IMG/VR virus record: IMGVR_UViG_3300045988_023686
Span: 1 to 12,099 of that record
Length of the DNA stretch: 12,099 nt
Source of the DNA: a virus
Strand: one strand, 5' to 3'
The position numbers were made by a program, and so were the translations under genes. Below the pieces are notes generated by a model. It saw only the letters and a list, made by a program, of their open reading frames with translations, was not told where the DNA came from and did not search any database. Below are positions 5,295 through 12,099 of the stretch, piece by piece; the first letter of the stretch is position 1; every line of letters starts with the position of its first letter.

Positions 5295-6344
5295 ATGAAA
5301 AAAGAAAACTTATATAACAGGTATCAAACAGAAGTTAAAGACAAAGATTCTGCATTATTTACATTTATGCAACGTATTCTTTGCATGACTTCTAAAATGT
5401 TTGAATACACAGGAACACCCGAAACTGTTCCACCTGTTGAACTTGAAAAGATTCTGCAAACATCGGGAAACGTTGGTATCGCAGAAGTTGACGGTAATTT
5501 GTATGCCTTACAGGGTTCAAGGGGTGGCGAGTGTGACGCTTACGGTTACGGAAAAGATTATGTTGTCGCAAATCCTTGGTTACAGTTGAACAAAACCTAT
5601 AAAATCGGTTCTGATATTGTAGTTATAAACAACACACCGTTTGCGGATTCGCTTTTGCCGATTATCGGAAAATATGGTGTTCTTTACACAGACGCAACAA
5701 TAACGCTTAATTTAGCTAGCATTTTAACACGTATTACAATGTTAATCTCTGCTAGCGATGACAAGACCAAACAGAGCGCAGAATTGTTTTTGCAGAAAAT
5801 TTTGAACGGTGATTTTTCTGTAATCGGTGAAAATGCCTTTTTCAAAGGTGTAAACTTACAGACCCCACCGACACAGGGAAACCAACAAATCGGGCAATTA
5901 ATTGAACTGTTGCAGTACTACAAAGCTAGCATGTTTAATGATTTGGGTTTGAATGCTAACTATAACATGAAACGTGAGCGGTTGAACACGCAAGAAGTTT
6001 CAATGAATATAGACGCTTTAATGCCTTTCGTGGATTCAATGCTAAAAGAACGTGTTGAGGGTGTGAAACGTGTTAACGAAATGTTCGGTACAGATATTAC
6101 GGTAACTTTGGGTTCAAGTTGGAAAATTGAACACGAAAATTATTTGTCGTTACTTCAAGCAACAGAAGACGGACACGACCACACCGAAACAGAAGACGTT
6201 CATCCTGTAACGGAAAACGAAACAGAAGAAACGCAAGAAACAGAAGAAACGGAAACAGAAACAGAAGAAACAGAAGAAACGGAAACGGAAACGCAAGAAA
6301 CAGAAGAAACAGAAGAAAAAGAAAACAAAGATGAGAATAAATGA
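5295..6344 (+). CDS. Portal / head-tail connector protein (phi29 gp10-like), 349 aa, with acidic E/T-repeat C-terminus
   Basis: Three blocks parallel phi29 gp10 as I remember it:
- MFEYTGTPETVPPVELEKILQTSGNVG vs [27 protein letters not shown].
- NMKRERLNTQEVSMN vs NLEKKERMVTDEVSSN.
- VNEMFGTDITVTL vs INELYGLNVKVKF. Confidence 0.85.
   Translation: MKKENLYNRYQTEVKDKDSALFTFMQRILCMTSKMFEYTGTPETVPPVELEKILQTSGNVGIAEVDGNLYALQGSRGGECDAYGYGKDYVVANPWLQLNKTYKIGSDIVVINNTPFADSLLPIIGKYGVLYTDATITLNLASILTRITMLISASDDKTKQSAELFLQKILNGDFSVIGENAFFKGVNLQTPPTQGNQQIGQLIELLQYYKASMFNDLGLNANYNMKRERLNTQEVSMNIDALMPFVDSMLKERVEGVKRVNEMFGTDITVTLGSSWKIEHENYLSLLQATEDGHDHTETEDVHPVTENETEETQETEETETETEETEETETETQETEETEEKENKDENK
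6186..6320 (+). repeat. In-frame imperfect tandem repeat (GAA ACR / GAA GAA ACR units) encoding the E/T-rich portal tail
   Basis: Reiterated gaaacagaagaaacg / gaaacggaaacg units translate to TETEDVHPVTENETEETQETEETETETEETEETETETQETEETEEKE. The complementary strand yields the F/C-rich artefact ORF 6150..6497. Confidence 0.9.
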
Positions 6345-6900
6345 ATTGTTCACAACTGAAAATGGGTTATTTGAAAAAATCTTTAAACCCCTGTTTCCTG
6401 TTTTGTACGATTCAATATTTGGGACAGATGACCCAAAAATAATTGATATTGATTTTCGTTTTAAATATGGGGACAGAACTTTTGTTAATGCTATCACAAA
6501 TGAAACTGTAAATGATATTGTAAAAAGTATTATTACAGTAAAGTTTGACGAATGGCAAAAACAGATTCAAGTGTTTAATAAAGAATATGACGTGTTAAGT
6601 CCTGTAACAGAAAAGACAACTGAAACGGTAAATAACACCGTGGACGAAACAGGGAATAACAATACAGTCGATTCAAGTGTAACGTTTAATAATGGAGATT
6701 TCGGAAATGACACAAAGCAACAAAGAGACTCTACAGGGAACAGACAAGAAACGGGTACGAAAACAGTTGTTAAAAACAGTTTGTCGGGTGGTTTTCCTGT
6801 TAGTGAAATTATTCAAAAAGAAATGAGTTTGCGCAAAACTAATTTCAAGATGCAAGTGATAGCAGAACTTGCGAAAGAGTTAACAGTAGATATTTATTAA
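6331..6900 (+). CDS. Hypothetical structural-module protein (189 aa); possible scaffolding protein
   Basis: The ORF overlaps the portal stop by 14 nt and lies between the portal and major capsid genes. It has an N/T/D-rich, low-complexity centre (TETVNNTVDETGNNNTVDSSVTFNNGDFGNDTKQQRDSTGNRQETG) and a predicted helical C-terminus. The function is inferred from position only. Confidence 0.7.
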   Translation: MRINELFTTENGLFEKIFKPLFPVLYDSIFGTDDPKIIDIDFRFKYGDRTFVNAITNETVNDIVKSIITVKFDEWQKQIQVFNKEYDVLSPVTEKTTETVNNTVDETGNNNTVDSSVTFNNGDFGNDTKQQRDSTGNRQETGTKTVVKNSLSGGFPVSEIIQKEMSLRKTNFKMQVIAELAKELTVDIY

Positions 6901-6920
6901 TTACTTAAATTTTTATAAAA

Positions 6921-8105
6921 ATGAATGTAAAACAGATTTATAGTTTAGTTAACACCGTATCGGGTGAGGTTTTGGGTAATACCGAGTTGGTACACGAAGA
7001 CCTTACAGGTTTAGTCGATTTGGGTAACGAAGTATTCAACCAAAACCAAGTTGACAATTATGTTAAATCACTTGTAAACCATATCGGTAAAGTGGTATTC
7101 GTAAACCGCCCTTATTCGGGTAAAGTTCCGAGTGTGCTTATGGACGCTTGGGAATTCGGTTCTGTATTGGAGAAAATCTCTGCTGATGTGCCCGATGCAG
7201 AAGAAAATGATACCTGGAACTTACAGGACGGTAAAGAGTACAAACAGGACGTTTTCTACAAACCGACTGTTTCCGCTAAGTTCTTTAACTCAAAGGTAAC
7301 TTTTGAGGTTCCTGTATCTATCACAGAAAGACAGGTAAAAGAAAGTTTCAGCAGCGCAGAACAAATGAACGGTTTTCTGTCAATGATTTACTCAGCAGTT
7401 GACAAGTCGATGACTATCAAGACAGATGCGCTCATTATGCGCACAATTAACAACATGATAGCTGAGACATTGGACGCAGACAAAACCGCTTTCGGTTTCG
7501 TACCGTCAACACACGAAACAGTTGACTATTCAACTGCTAGTACTGTTCGATGCGTTAACCTGTTGAAACTTTACAACGATAAGACAGGTGCTCATTTGAC
7601 CGCAGCCGCAGCGATAACAACACCCGACTTTATCCGTTTTGCGGCTTATGTTATGGGTTTGTATTCAGACCGTTTGCAGACAATTTCAACCCTGTTTAAC
7701 ATTGGCGGTAAGGAGCGATTCACACCGAAAGACGTTTTGCACACAGTTCTGTTGTCTGATTTCGCAGCCGCAGCAAAAGCATACCTGTATGCCGACACGT
7801 TCAATAGCGAGAATGTTCTGTTGCCACAGGCTGAGACAGTTGCAAGTTGGCAAGCAACAGGCAAAAATTATGCCTTTGAAAACACGTCAAAAATTGACGT
7901 AAAGAGTGCGAGCGGGGCAAACGTTTCTGTAAGCGGGGTGTTGGGTGTTATGTTTGACCGTGACGCTTTAGGTGTAACAAACCTTGATAAGCGTGTGACA
8001 ACCAACTACAACGCAAAAGCAGAGTTTTTCAACAACTATTACAAGTTTGATGCCGGTTACTTTAACGACACAAACGAAAACTTTGTTGTGTTCTTTGTTG
8101 CCTAA
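6921..8105 (+). CDS. Major capsid protein (phi29 gp8-like, HK97 fold), 394 aa
   Basis: Three blocks parallel phi29 gp8 as I remember it:
- DNYVKSLVNHIGKVVFV vs NDFITSLVDRIGLVVI.
- FLSMIYSAVDKSMTIKTDALIMRTINN vs [27 protein letters not shown].
- GVMFDRDALG vs AVLVDKDWF.
It is the largest non-tail structural ORF and is followed by a strong terminator. Confidence 0.8.
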   Translation: MNVKQIYSLVNTVSGEVLGNTELVHEDLTGLVDLGNEVFNQNQVDNYVKSLVNHIGKVVFVNRPYSGKVPSVLMDAWEFGSVLEKISADVPDAEENDTWNLQDGKEYKQDVFYKPTVSAKFFNSKVTFEVPVSITERQVKESFSSAEQMNGFLSMIYSAVDKSMTIKTDALIMRTINNMIAETLDADKTAFGFVPSTHETVDYSTASTVRCVNLLKLYNDKTGAHLTAAAAITTPDFIRFAAYVMGLYSDRLQTISTLFNIGGKERFTPKDVLHTVLLSDFAAAAKAYLYADTFNSENVLLPQAETVASWQATGKNYAFENTSKIDVKSASGANVSVSGVLGVMFDRDALGVTNLDKRVTTNYNAKAEFFNNYYKFDAGYFNDTNENFVVFFVA

Positions 8106-8136
8106 GTTTTGTTGTTTAATTGTTTAACTTTTGGTG

Positions 8137-8190
8137 AGGGTGCGTTTCCTGTAGTTGATAGCACAGGGCGCACCCTTTTAAAATTTTTGT
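8137..8190 (+). terminator. Intrinsic terminator after the capsid gene (probably leaky)
   Basis: AGGGTGCG (8137-8144) pairs with CGCACCCT (8169-8176), and an inner CCTGT/ACAGG helix extends the structure. TTTTAAAATTTTTG follows. I see no TAnnTTTG element before the next gene, so the tail genes would need read-through. Confidence 0.6.
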
Positions 8191-8193
8191 GGT

Positions 8194-8631
8194 ATGCTGA
8201 TAAAAACTTATAATTATAACGGTGAACCTAACAGGGTTAATAAGACGCTACAGGAAAACGAAGAATACACAGGTGTGCTAAATTCAACTGTAAACATATT
8301 AGAACCTGTTATCCGTTTCCGTACAACTAATATAGTAACGTTTAATTACGTTTATATAGAAAGTTTGAACCGTTACTATTTCGTTTCTGAGATACGACAA
8401 GACGGTGATATTTGCACGGTTTATTTGCGTACGGACGTTTTAATGACGTACAAAGATAAAATATTAGATTCTATAGGTACGTTAACAAAGGGTGCAAATG
8501 TAAATAAGTATGCGTCAAACCGTGAAAACGCTTACGATTTGCGCCCGAAACTGAAAAAGCTAGATTTCCCTAATAAAGGGTTATTTAGTGATAAAGATAA
8601 CATTATAATGGTAACTATTAAAGGTAATTAG
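8194..8631 (+). CDS. Tail protein, homologous to the N-terminal domain of the phi29 gp9 tail knob (145 aa)
   Basis: FNYVYIESLNRYYFVSEIRQDGDICTVYLRTDVLMTY parallels gp9 [41 protein letters not shown], as recalled from memory. The ORF ends at TAG 8629-8631, 2 nt before the next ORF. Confidence 0.7.
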   Translation: MLIKTYNYNGEPNRVNKTLQENEEYTGVLNSTVNILEPVIRFRTTNIVTFNYVYIESLNRYYFVSEIRQDGDICTVYLRTDVLMTYKDKILDSIGTLTKGANVNKYASNRENAYDLRPKLKKLDFPNKGLFSDKDNIIMVTIKGN

Positions 8632-8633
8632 TT

Positions 8634-10484
8634 ATGAGTATAGCAATTAAGGAATTTAACCTTTATGGTGCAAAGGCTAATTTTAAAACAAAGGGTTATG
8701 ACGTTATTTGTACTTTTACTCTGAATGCAAATACCGTTTGGAACGGTGAACCGTTTACACTTGAATTTAAAGATAATGACAGCCACTTTCACAATAAAAC
8801 CGTAAATGTTGAAACTGTAAAAGATAGCACGGAAACAATAATAGAAACGGTAAAAAATTACAATTATGCAAGCATGAGTGTTTCTGTTATCGGTTATTCT
8901 ACAACATACAATGGGGAACAGATAGTTATTGGTAATTTGGTAAACAATGTGCCACACAGTACGTTGGAACAAATGTACACAGGTGTAAATAGTGATGACG
9001 GAAAAAATGCGTGGACTAAAATAACATTAAAAGCTGATGACGGTTTTAAATTTGTTGAGGGGACATTAAAAAATGATAGTAATGTTGGGTTCAATTATTC
9101 TCACAATAATACAGTAGCACAACAATATGTTGGAACACCTTTAAATAACTTAAATATAGGGTTGATATTCACAGGTGAAACAGTAGCAAAGGAAACTGAG
9201 ATAATAAATAATATTACAGGTAATTGTGAGGAAACACACACCGTGGACGGTACAAACGTTTCTATAACTGTTACAGGTTATAGCGATTATGCAAAGTTTG
9301 TTGGGGTGTCTGTTGAGTATACCGATATTAACGGTGAACCGAAAACGTTTGTGCCCGATTTTTCGGAAAACGTTATAAATATATCATTAACTGATGTAAA
9401 ACCGGGCACAACGGTTACTTTGTCGGGTGCTTACCGTCTTGTTTGCACAACCGTTAATAATATGACAGGGTGCAACGTAACAGGGTTAAAACCTTATTAC
9501 ATCGAAAACGAAACTGTTAACGTTATCGCAACGGCAAATGGTAAAACTCATTTTGACGCTGAGAATTTACCTGTTGCTAATTGGGAACCGTTAACAGGTG
9601 GAGCAGAACAACACCCTTTTGTTCTGAGTAACAACGGTAAAACCGCAACATTAAATTTTACGTTTCCAAACGACAGAGAAAAAGTAAGTGATTCAACTTT
9701 TACCCTGTTAGGTGGAACAGTCCCCGATACAGAAGTAACAGGTTATGGTAGTATTAACGTTTATCTAGTAGACACAAAAACTTTAGATGATTTCTCAAAA
9801 ATTCGTTTCACTAAAAAGTTAAATGAAAATTACGAATATGAATATTATGATATTGGGAAATATGTGAACAGGTTACACAAAGTTTACGTGGACGTACCGA
9901 ATGTTTCCCCAACGTCTTTAAAGTTGGCTAACTTTGATACAAGTATTAATACAAATAGCGTTGACGATTCAAAGGTACACGTAGATTTCGGAAACGTGCT
10001 ATTACCTGTTAATTCTGATAGTGGAAACGATTTTAACGCTACTATACAATGTTTCATACCGTTTGTCGGTTTTGTACCTGTAGATAGTGATTTTATCGGA
10101 AAAGAACTAAATTTATGTTACGATATAGATTTAATTACAGGTTATTGTGCCTATAATTTATCATGTGACGGTATTACTATTAATAACGGTACGGCAAATT
10201 GTATCAGCGAAATTATTTATAAAACGTTGGCTAATGATGAGATAAGTACTATAGGGGATTTAAGCGATTTCAATACGGTTTTAATGGGGTTAGAACCTTA
10301 TATTACTATCAAGTACTTTGAACCGTTGAATGTTCCTGTAAATAACACCACCGAACAAAAACGTATTGGGGACGTTACAGGGTTTGCACAGTTTGAAAAC
10401 GTTAACTTGTCAACAAATAACACGATGTTAGTTGACGAATTTAATGAAATTGTTTCACAACTTGGAAACGGTGTTTATCTATAA
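8634..10484 (+). CDS. Tail knob / receptor-binding tail protein (616 aa): beta-rich N-terminal part plus gp9-like C-terminal part
   Basis: The C-terminal part parallels phi29 gp9 as I remember it: IPFVGFVPVDSDFIGKELNLCYDIDLITGYCAYNL vs [24 protein letters not shown]...VAYSV, and LVDEFNEIVSQLGNGVYL vs NDLQEIRTIFDNGITLW. The first 400 aa or so look like reiterated beta-sandwich modules, for example NVSITVTGYSDY...TTVTLSGAY and NVTGLKPYY...TLNFTFPND. Confidence 0.7.
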   Translation: MSIAIKEFNLYGAKANFKTKGYDVICTFTLNANTVWNGEPFTLEFKDNDSHFHNKTVNVETVKDSTETIIETVKNYNYASMSVSVIGYSTTYNGEQIVIGNLVNNVPHSTLEQMYTGVNSDDGKNAWTKITLKADDGFKFVEGTLKNDSNVGFNYSHNNTVAQQYVGTPLNNLNIGLIFTGETVAKETEIINNITGNCEETHTVDGTNVSITVTGYSDYAKFVGVSVEYTDINGEPKTFVPDFSENVINISLTDVKPGTTVTLSGAYRLVCTTVNNMTGCNVTGLKPYYIENETVNVIATANGKTHFDAENLPVANWEPLTGGAEQHPFVLSNNGKTATLNFTFPNDREKVSDSTFTLLGGTVPDTEVTGYGSINVYLVDTKTLDDFSKIRFTKKLNENYEYEYYDIGKYVNRLHKVYVDVPNVSPTSLKLANFDTSINTNSVDDSKVHVDFGNVLLPVNSDSGNDFNATIQCFIPFVGFVPVDSDFIGKELNLCYDIDLITGYCAYNLSCDGITINNGTANCISEIIYKTLANDEISTIGDLSDFNTVLMGLEPYITIKYFEPLNVPVNNTTEQKRIGDVTGFAQFENVNLSTNNTMLVDEFNEIVSQLGNGVYL

Positions 10485-10489
10485 ATAAA

Positions 10490-10522
10490 ACAGGCGGTAA
10501 AGTTGTTACCGCCTGTTTTTTT
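10490..10522. terminator. Bidirectional intrinsic terminator between the convergent operons
   Basis: ACAGGCGGTAA (10490-10500) pairs perfectly with TTACCGCCTGT (10506-10516) around a 5-nt loop. It is flanked by an A-run upstream (ATAAATAAAA) and a T-run downstream (TTTTTTTATTTTTT). Confidence 0.8.
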
Positions 10523-10769
10523 ATTTTTTATTAGAAAATTCATAAGCTAAACCTTTGCTACAAATAAAATCTAAAGCGCGGTTTTTCTTTGCCGTTTCTT
10601 CATCAAGTTTGCAAGAAATAGTTTTTATTACTAAGGTTTGCGCCTTTAATACCCCAATAACAGAATTTAATAACATGCCGTTTGTGCCTGTTGTTTCTTC
10701 TGCTATATTCTGCAAATTTTCTGTTGAAACTTTAATTGACTTCAACAAAATTTCTATTGTTTTTTCCAT
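10521..10769 (-). CDS. Hypothetical protein (82 aa), last gene of the right-end operon
   Basis: The ORF is co-oriented with the endolysin gene and starts 2 nt after its stop. I recognised no motif and no clear transmembrane segment. Confidence 0.6.
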   Translation of the reverse strand: MEKTIEILLKSIKVSTENLQNIAEETTGTNGMLLNSVIGVLKAQTLVIKTISCKLDEETAKKNRALDFICSKGLAYEFSNKK

Positions 10770-10771
10770 AA

Positions 10772-11194
10772 CTATTTCTTTTCTAGATTCATTATAACTT
10801 GTTGTCTTGGTTTACCGTTACGGTTACAGACCGAAACATGAAACCAAAAAGACGCAGACCCTTTACGGTGTTCTTTAATAAATTGGTCAAAACCGCCTGT
10901 TTCTCTTAGAACCTTTTCTAAGGTATTCATATCACTACAAACAACGTCAGCAGCTAAACCCTTTAAGTGTTGACTATTAGCCACACCACCAACGGCTTTA
11001 TTTAACACAGGACAACGGAAACCGCTATTAACTAAGATAGGTTTACCCAACTTTTCACGAATTTCGTCTAAGTAATCCGCTAAATGATTCAAGTTGTCAA
11101 CTACCTCAAAGGTAGGGGTGTTATCAATACCCAAACGTTTTGCGGTAGCTGAGTTAATGAACTCGGACAATGTAAAATACTTAATTCTTTTCAT
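10772..11194 (-). CDS. Endolysin, zinc peptidase of the M15 (LAS) family, Peptidase_M15_3-like, 140 aa
   Basis: The family core is SGFRCPVLNKAVGGVANSQHLKGLAADV, with H76-x6-D83 and a distal H119 (FWFHVS) as the zinc triad. The typical N-terminal FTLSEF motif is present. I see no signal peptide. Confidence 0.85.
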   Translation of the reverse strand: MKRIKYFTLSEFINSATAKRLGIDNTPTFEVVDNLNHLADYLDEIREKLGKPILVNSGFRCPVLNKAVGGVANSQHLKGLAADVVCSDMNTLEKVLRETGGFDQFIKEHRKGSASFWFHVSVCNRNGKPRQQVIMNLEKK

Positions 11195-11201
11195 ATCATT
11201 A

Positions 11202-11396
11202 TTATTTAGTTGAAATTACAAACCACTTTCTACTATCTTTGTGTGTCGGAAAACGACCCTTAACAGTTATTGAACAATCGCCCTGTAAGTAGTCGATTTT
11301 GTTGTTAAAGAATTCGCTTACCTTGTCAGAACGTACCATAAAAACCGTTTCTTTGTCGGTTTGTTTTAATGTGATTCTAAAATATGAATGTTCCAT
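11202..11396 (-). CDS. Hypothetical protein (64 aa)
   Basis: The ORF sits in series with its neighbours on the minus strand. I recognised no motif. Confidence 0.55.
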   Translation of the reverse strand: MEHSYFRITLKQTDKETVFMVRSDKVSEFFNNKIDYLQGDCSITVKGRFPTHKDSRKWFVISTK

Positions 11397-11412
11397 ATAT
11401 CAATTATTTTAA

Positions 11413-11438
11413 GCCTGTAAGGTGTTACCCTCACAGGC
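11413..11438 (-). terminator. Minus-strand hairpin between the 110-aa and 64-aa genes (weak attenuator candidate)
   Basis: The minus-strand RNA GCCUGUGAGG-GUAACA-CCUUACAGGC forms a 10-bp stem. Its one G-U pair is an A/C mismatch on the other strand, so the structure is strand-specific. Only a weak U-rich tract (UUAAAAUAAUU) follows. Confidence 0.3.
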
Positions 11439-11446
11439 GGTTAAAC

Positions 11447-11779
11447 TTATAAGATGTGTTCTGTTGTCTGTGTCAACTGTAAGAAAGAACTTGCGTCTTT
11501 TCCCAACTTGTTGCAAATCTGTGTAACGCAGCAGCCGAATTCGTTTATATATTGCAAACTATCTTTTGACTGATAACATGTGTATACGTCCTTTGTTAAC
11601 TTTGGTAAGGTGTTGTGCTTAATGCAGTTTACTTCATGCTGATACATAACCTTTGCCGCATCTTCAAAAGAAGAAACATCTGTTACTGTTTGCGTGCTTT
11701 GTGTTACTTCACTTTTAACACGTTTACCGTTAACTGATAAAACGGTTTCACACTCTAAAGTAATTTTATATGTTGCCAT
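11447..11779 (-). CDS. Hypothetical Cys-rich protein (110 aa), first gene of the right-end operon
   Basis: It is the first ATG after the right-end promoter. It contains six Cys, including the cluster GCCVTQIC. I recognised no family. Confidence 0.65.
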   Translation of the reverse strand: MATYKITLECETVLSVNGKRVKSEVTQSTQTVTDVSSFEDAAKVMYQHEVNCIKHNTLPKLTKDVYTCYQSKDSLQYINEFGCCVTQICNKLGKDASSFLQLTQTTEHIL

Positions 11780-11823
11780 ATTCTTGTATTTTAAAGGGTT
11801 TAACTAAATTTCTAAATCTGTTG

Positions 11824-11855
11824 CAAAGATACGCATTTTCCACGAAACCACCAAA
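11824..11855 (-). promoter_or_regulatory. Right-end promoter, Bacteroidota sigma-A type, facing inward
   Basis: On the minus strand: TTTG (complement of 11852-11855), a 20-nt spacer, then TATCTTTG (complement of 11824-11831), followed by CA. This is the mirror image of the left-end promoter. It lies about 45 nt upstream of ATG 11779. Confidence 0.6.
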
Positions 11856-11905
11856 TTATTTTTGTTAAATAATGTAAAAGTTTTAATTTAATTCTTTTTA
11901 ACAAT

Positions 11906-12099
11906 AAACATCTGCTCTTACTGTTCCACGTGAAACATTTCTTTTGTGAAAAATTAACTGTGTTAACGGTGTGTTAAATGTGTTAATACTTGTTAATTGT
12001 GGTACTTGTGGCACGGCAACAAAAAGCGTGCCAAAGTGTGTTAGCAAATGTTAAAAACCTGTTGGGAAATGTTAAAATGGGGTGCCTTGTGTACCTTTT
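11906..12099. repeat. Right inverted terminal repeat (genome terminus)
   Basis: Exact reverse complement of nt 1-194. The window ends precisely at the end of the repeat (...CCTTTT-3'). Confidence 0.97.

Noticed and set aside
6186-6320. Short tandem repeats as a CRISPR array or minisatellite regulatory element
   Set aside because: The units are 6-9 nt with no spacers, and they lie in frame within the portal ORF. They encode a low-complexity peptide.
6150-6497. 115-aa minus-strand ORF rich in F, C and R
   Set aside because: It is the reverse complement of the GAA/ACR tandem repeat, which translates as TTC/TGT-type codons. It is a pure repeat artefact.
8621-8636. Programmed -1 frameshift or read-through fusing the 145-aa and 616-aa tail ORFs
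   Set aside because: The downstream frame is closed by TAA at 8625-8627, leaving only about 4 nt in which a shift could occur. There is no X_XXY_YYZ slippery heptamer and no obvious downstream structure. A genuine two-gene arrangement or a sequencing error is more likely.
4772-9094. Other antisense or nested ORFs: minus-strand 4772..4960, 6673..6855, 7646..7864, 8628..8972 and 8894..9094; plus-strand nested 5401..5589 and 7639..7902. ORFs 1651..1842 and 10555..10797 lie outside this span but are in the same category.
   Set aside because: All lie inside longer ORFs that carry recognisable motifs (polymerase, ATPase, portal, capsid, tail) or sit opposite the right-arm genes. They are short, lack independent signals, and have compositionally odd products.
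1-12099. Inverted repeats as the ends of a transposon, IS element or casposon/pipolin-like element
   Set aside because: No transposase, integrase or Cas1 is present, and there are no flanking target-site duplications or host genes. The interior is a complete virion, replication and lysis gene set, so the repeats are best read as replicon termini.
1-12099. tRNA, rRNA or lysogeny module (integrase, repressor, att sites)
   Set aside because: I saw no cloverleaf-like or rRNA-like sequence in the few non-coding gaps. No ORF has integrase, recombinase or HTH-repressor hallmarks. The genome looks strictly lytic, though small regulators could be hidden among the orphan ORFs.

Overview
This window appears to be one complete linear phage genome of about 12.1 kb, not a chromosomal fragment. 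Nt 1-194 are the exact reverse complement of nt 11906-12099, giving inverted terminal repeats (ITRs) that begin 5'-AAAAGG.

The gene content is a stripped-down phi29-type, protein-primed podovirus:
- A rightward replication and packaging operon (337-4980): two small proteins, a terminal-protein candidate translationally coupled to a family-B protein-primed DNA polymerase with all Exo I-III, A, B, C and KxY motifs, and a phi29 gp16-like packaging ATPase.
- A rightward late operon (5100-10484): a YvrJ-like membrane protein, a gp10-like portal with an acidic E/T-repeat tail, a possible scaffold, a gp8-like major capsid protein, and a gp9-like tail knob apparently split over two ORFs.
- A leftward right-end operon (11779-10521): three small unknowns plus an M15-family zinc peptidase endolysin.

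Each of the three units is preceded by the same promoter-like element, TTTG-N20-TATCTTTGCA. This is the Bacteroidota sigma-A consensus (-33 TTTG, -7 TAnnTTTG). None of the start codons I inspected has a convincing Shine-Dalgarno sequence (the one AAGGAA-like stretch lies in upstream coding sequence), so I infer a Bacteroidota host. That is unusual for phi29-like phages, which are classically phages of Firmicutes.

Hairpin plus T-tract terminators punctuate the operons. The ITRs carry helically phased TTAACA(C) iterons and a recurring palindrome, GTTTCA-NN-TGAAAC.

I recognised no tRNA, rRNA, CRISPR, integrase or transposase. All homology statements rest on motif recognition and remembered phi29 protein sequences, not on searches.
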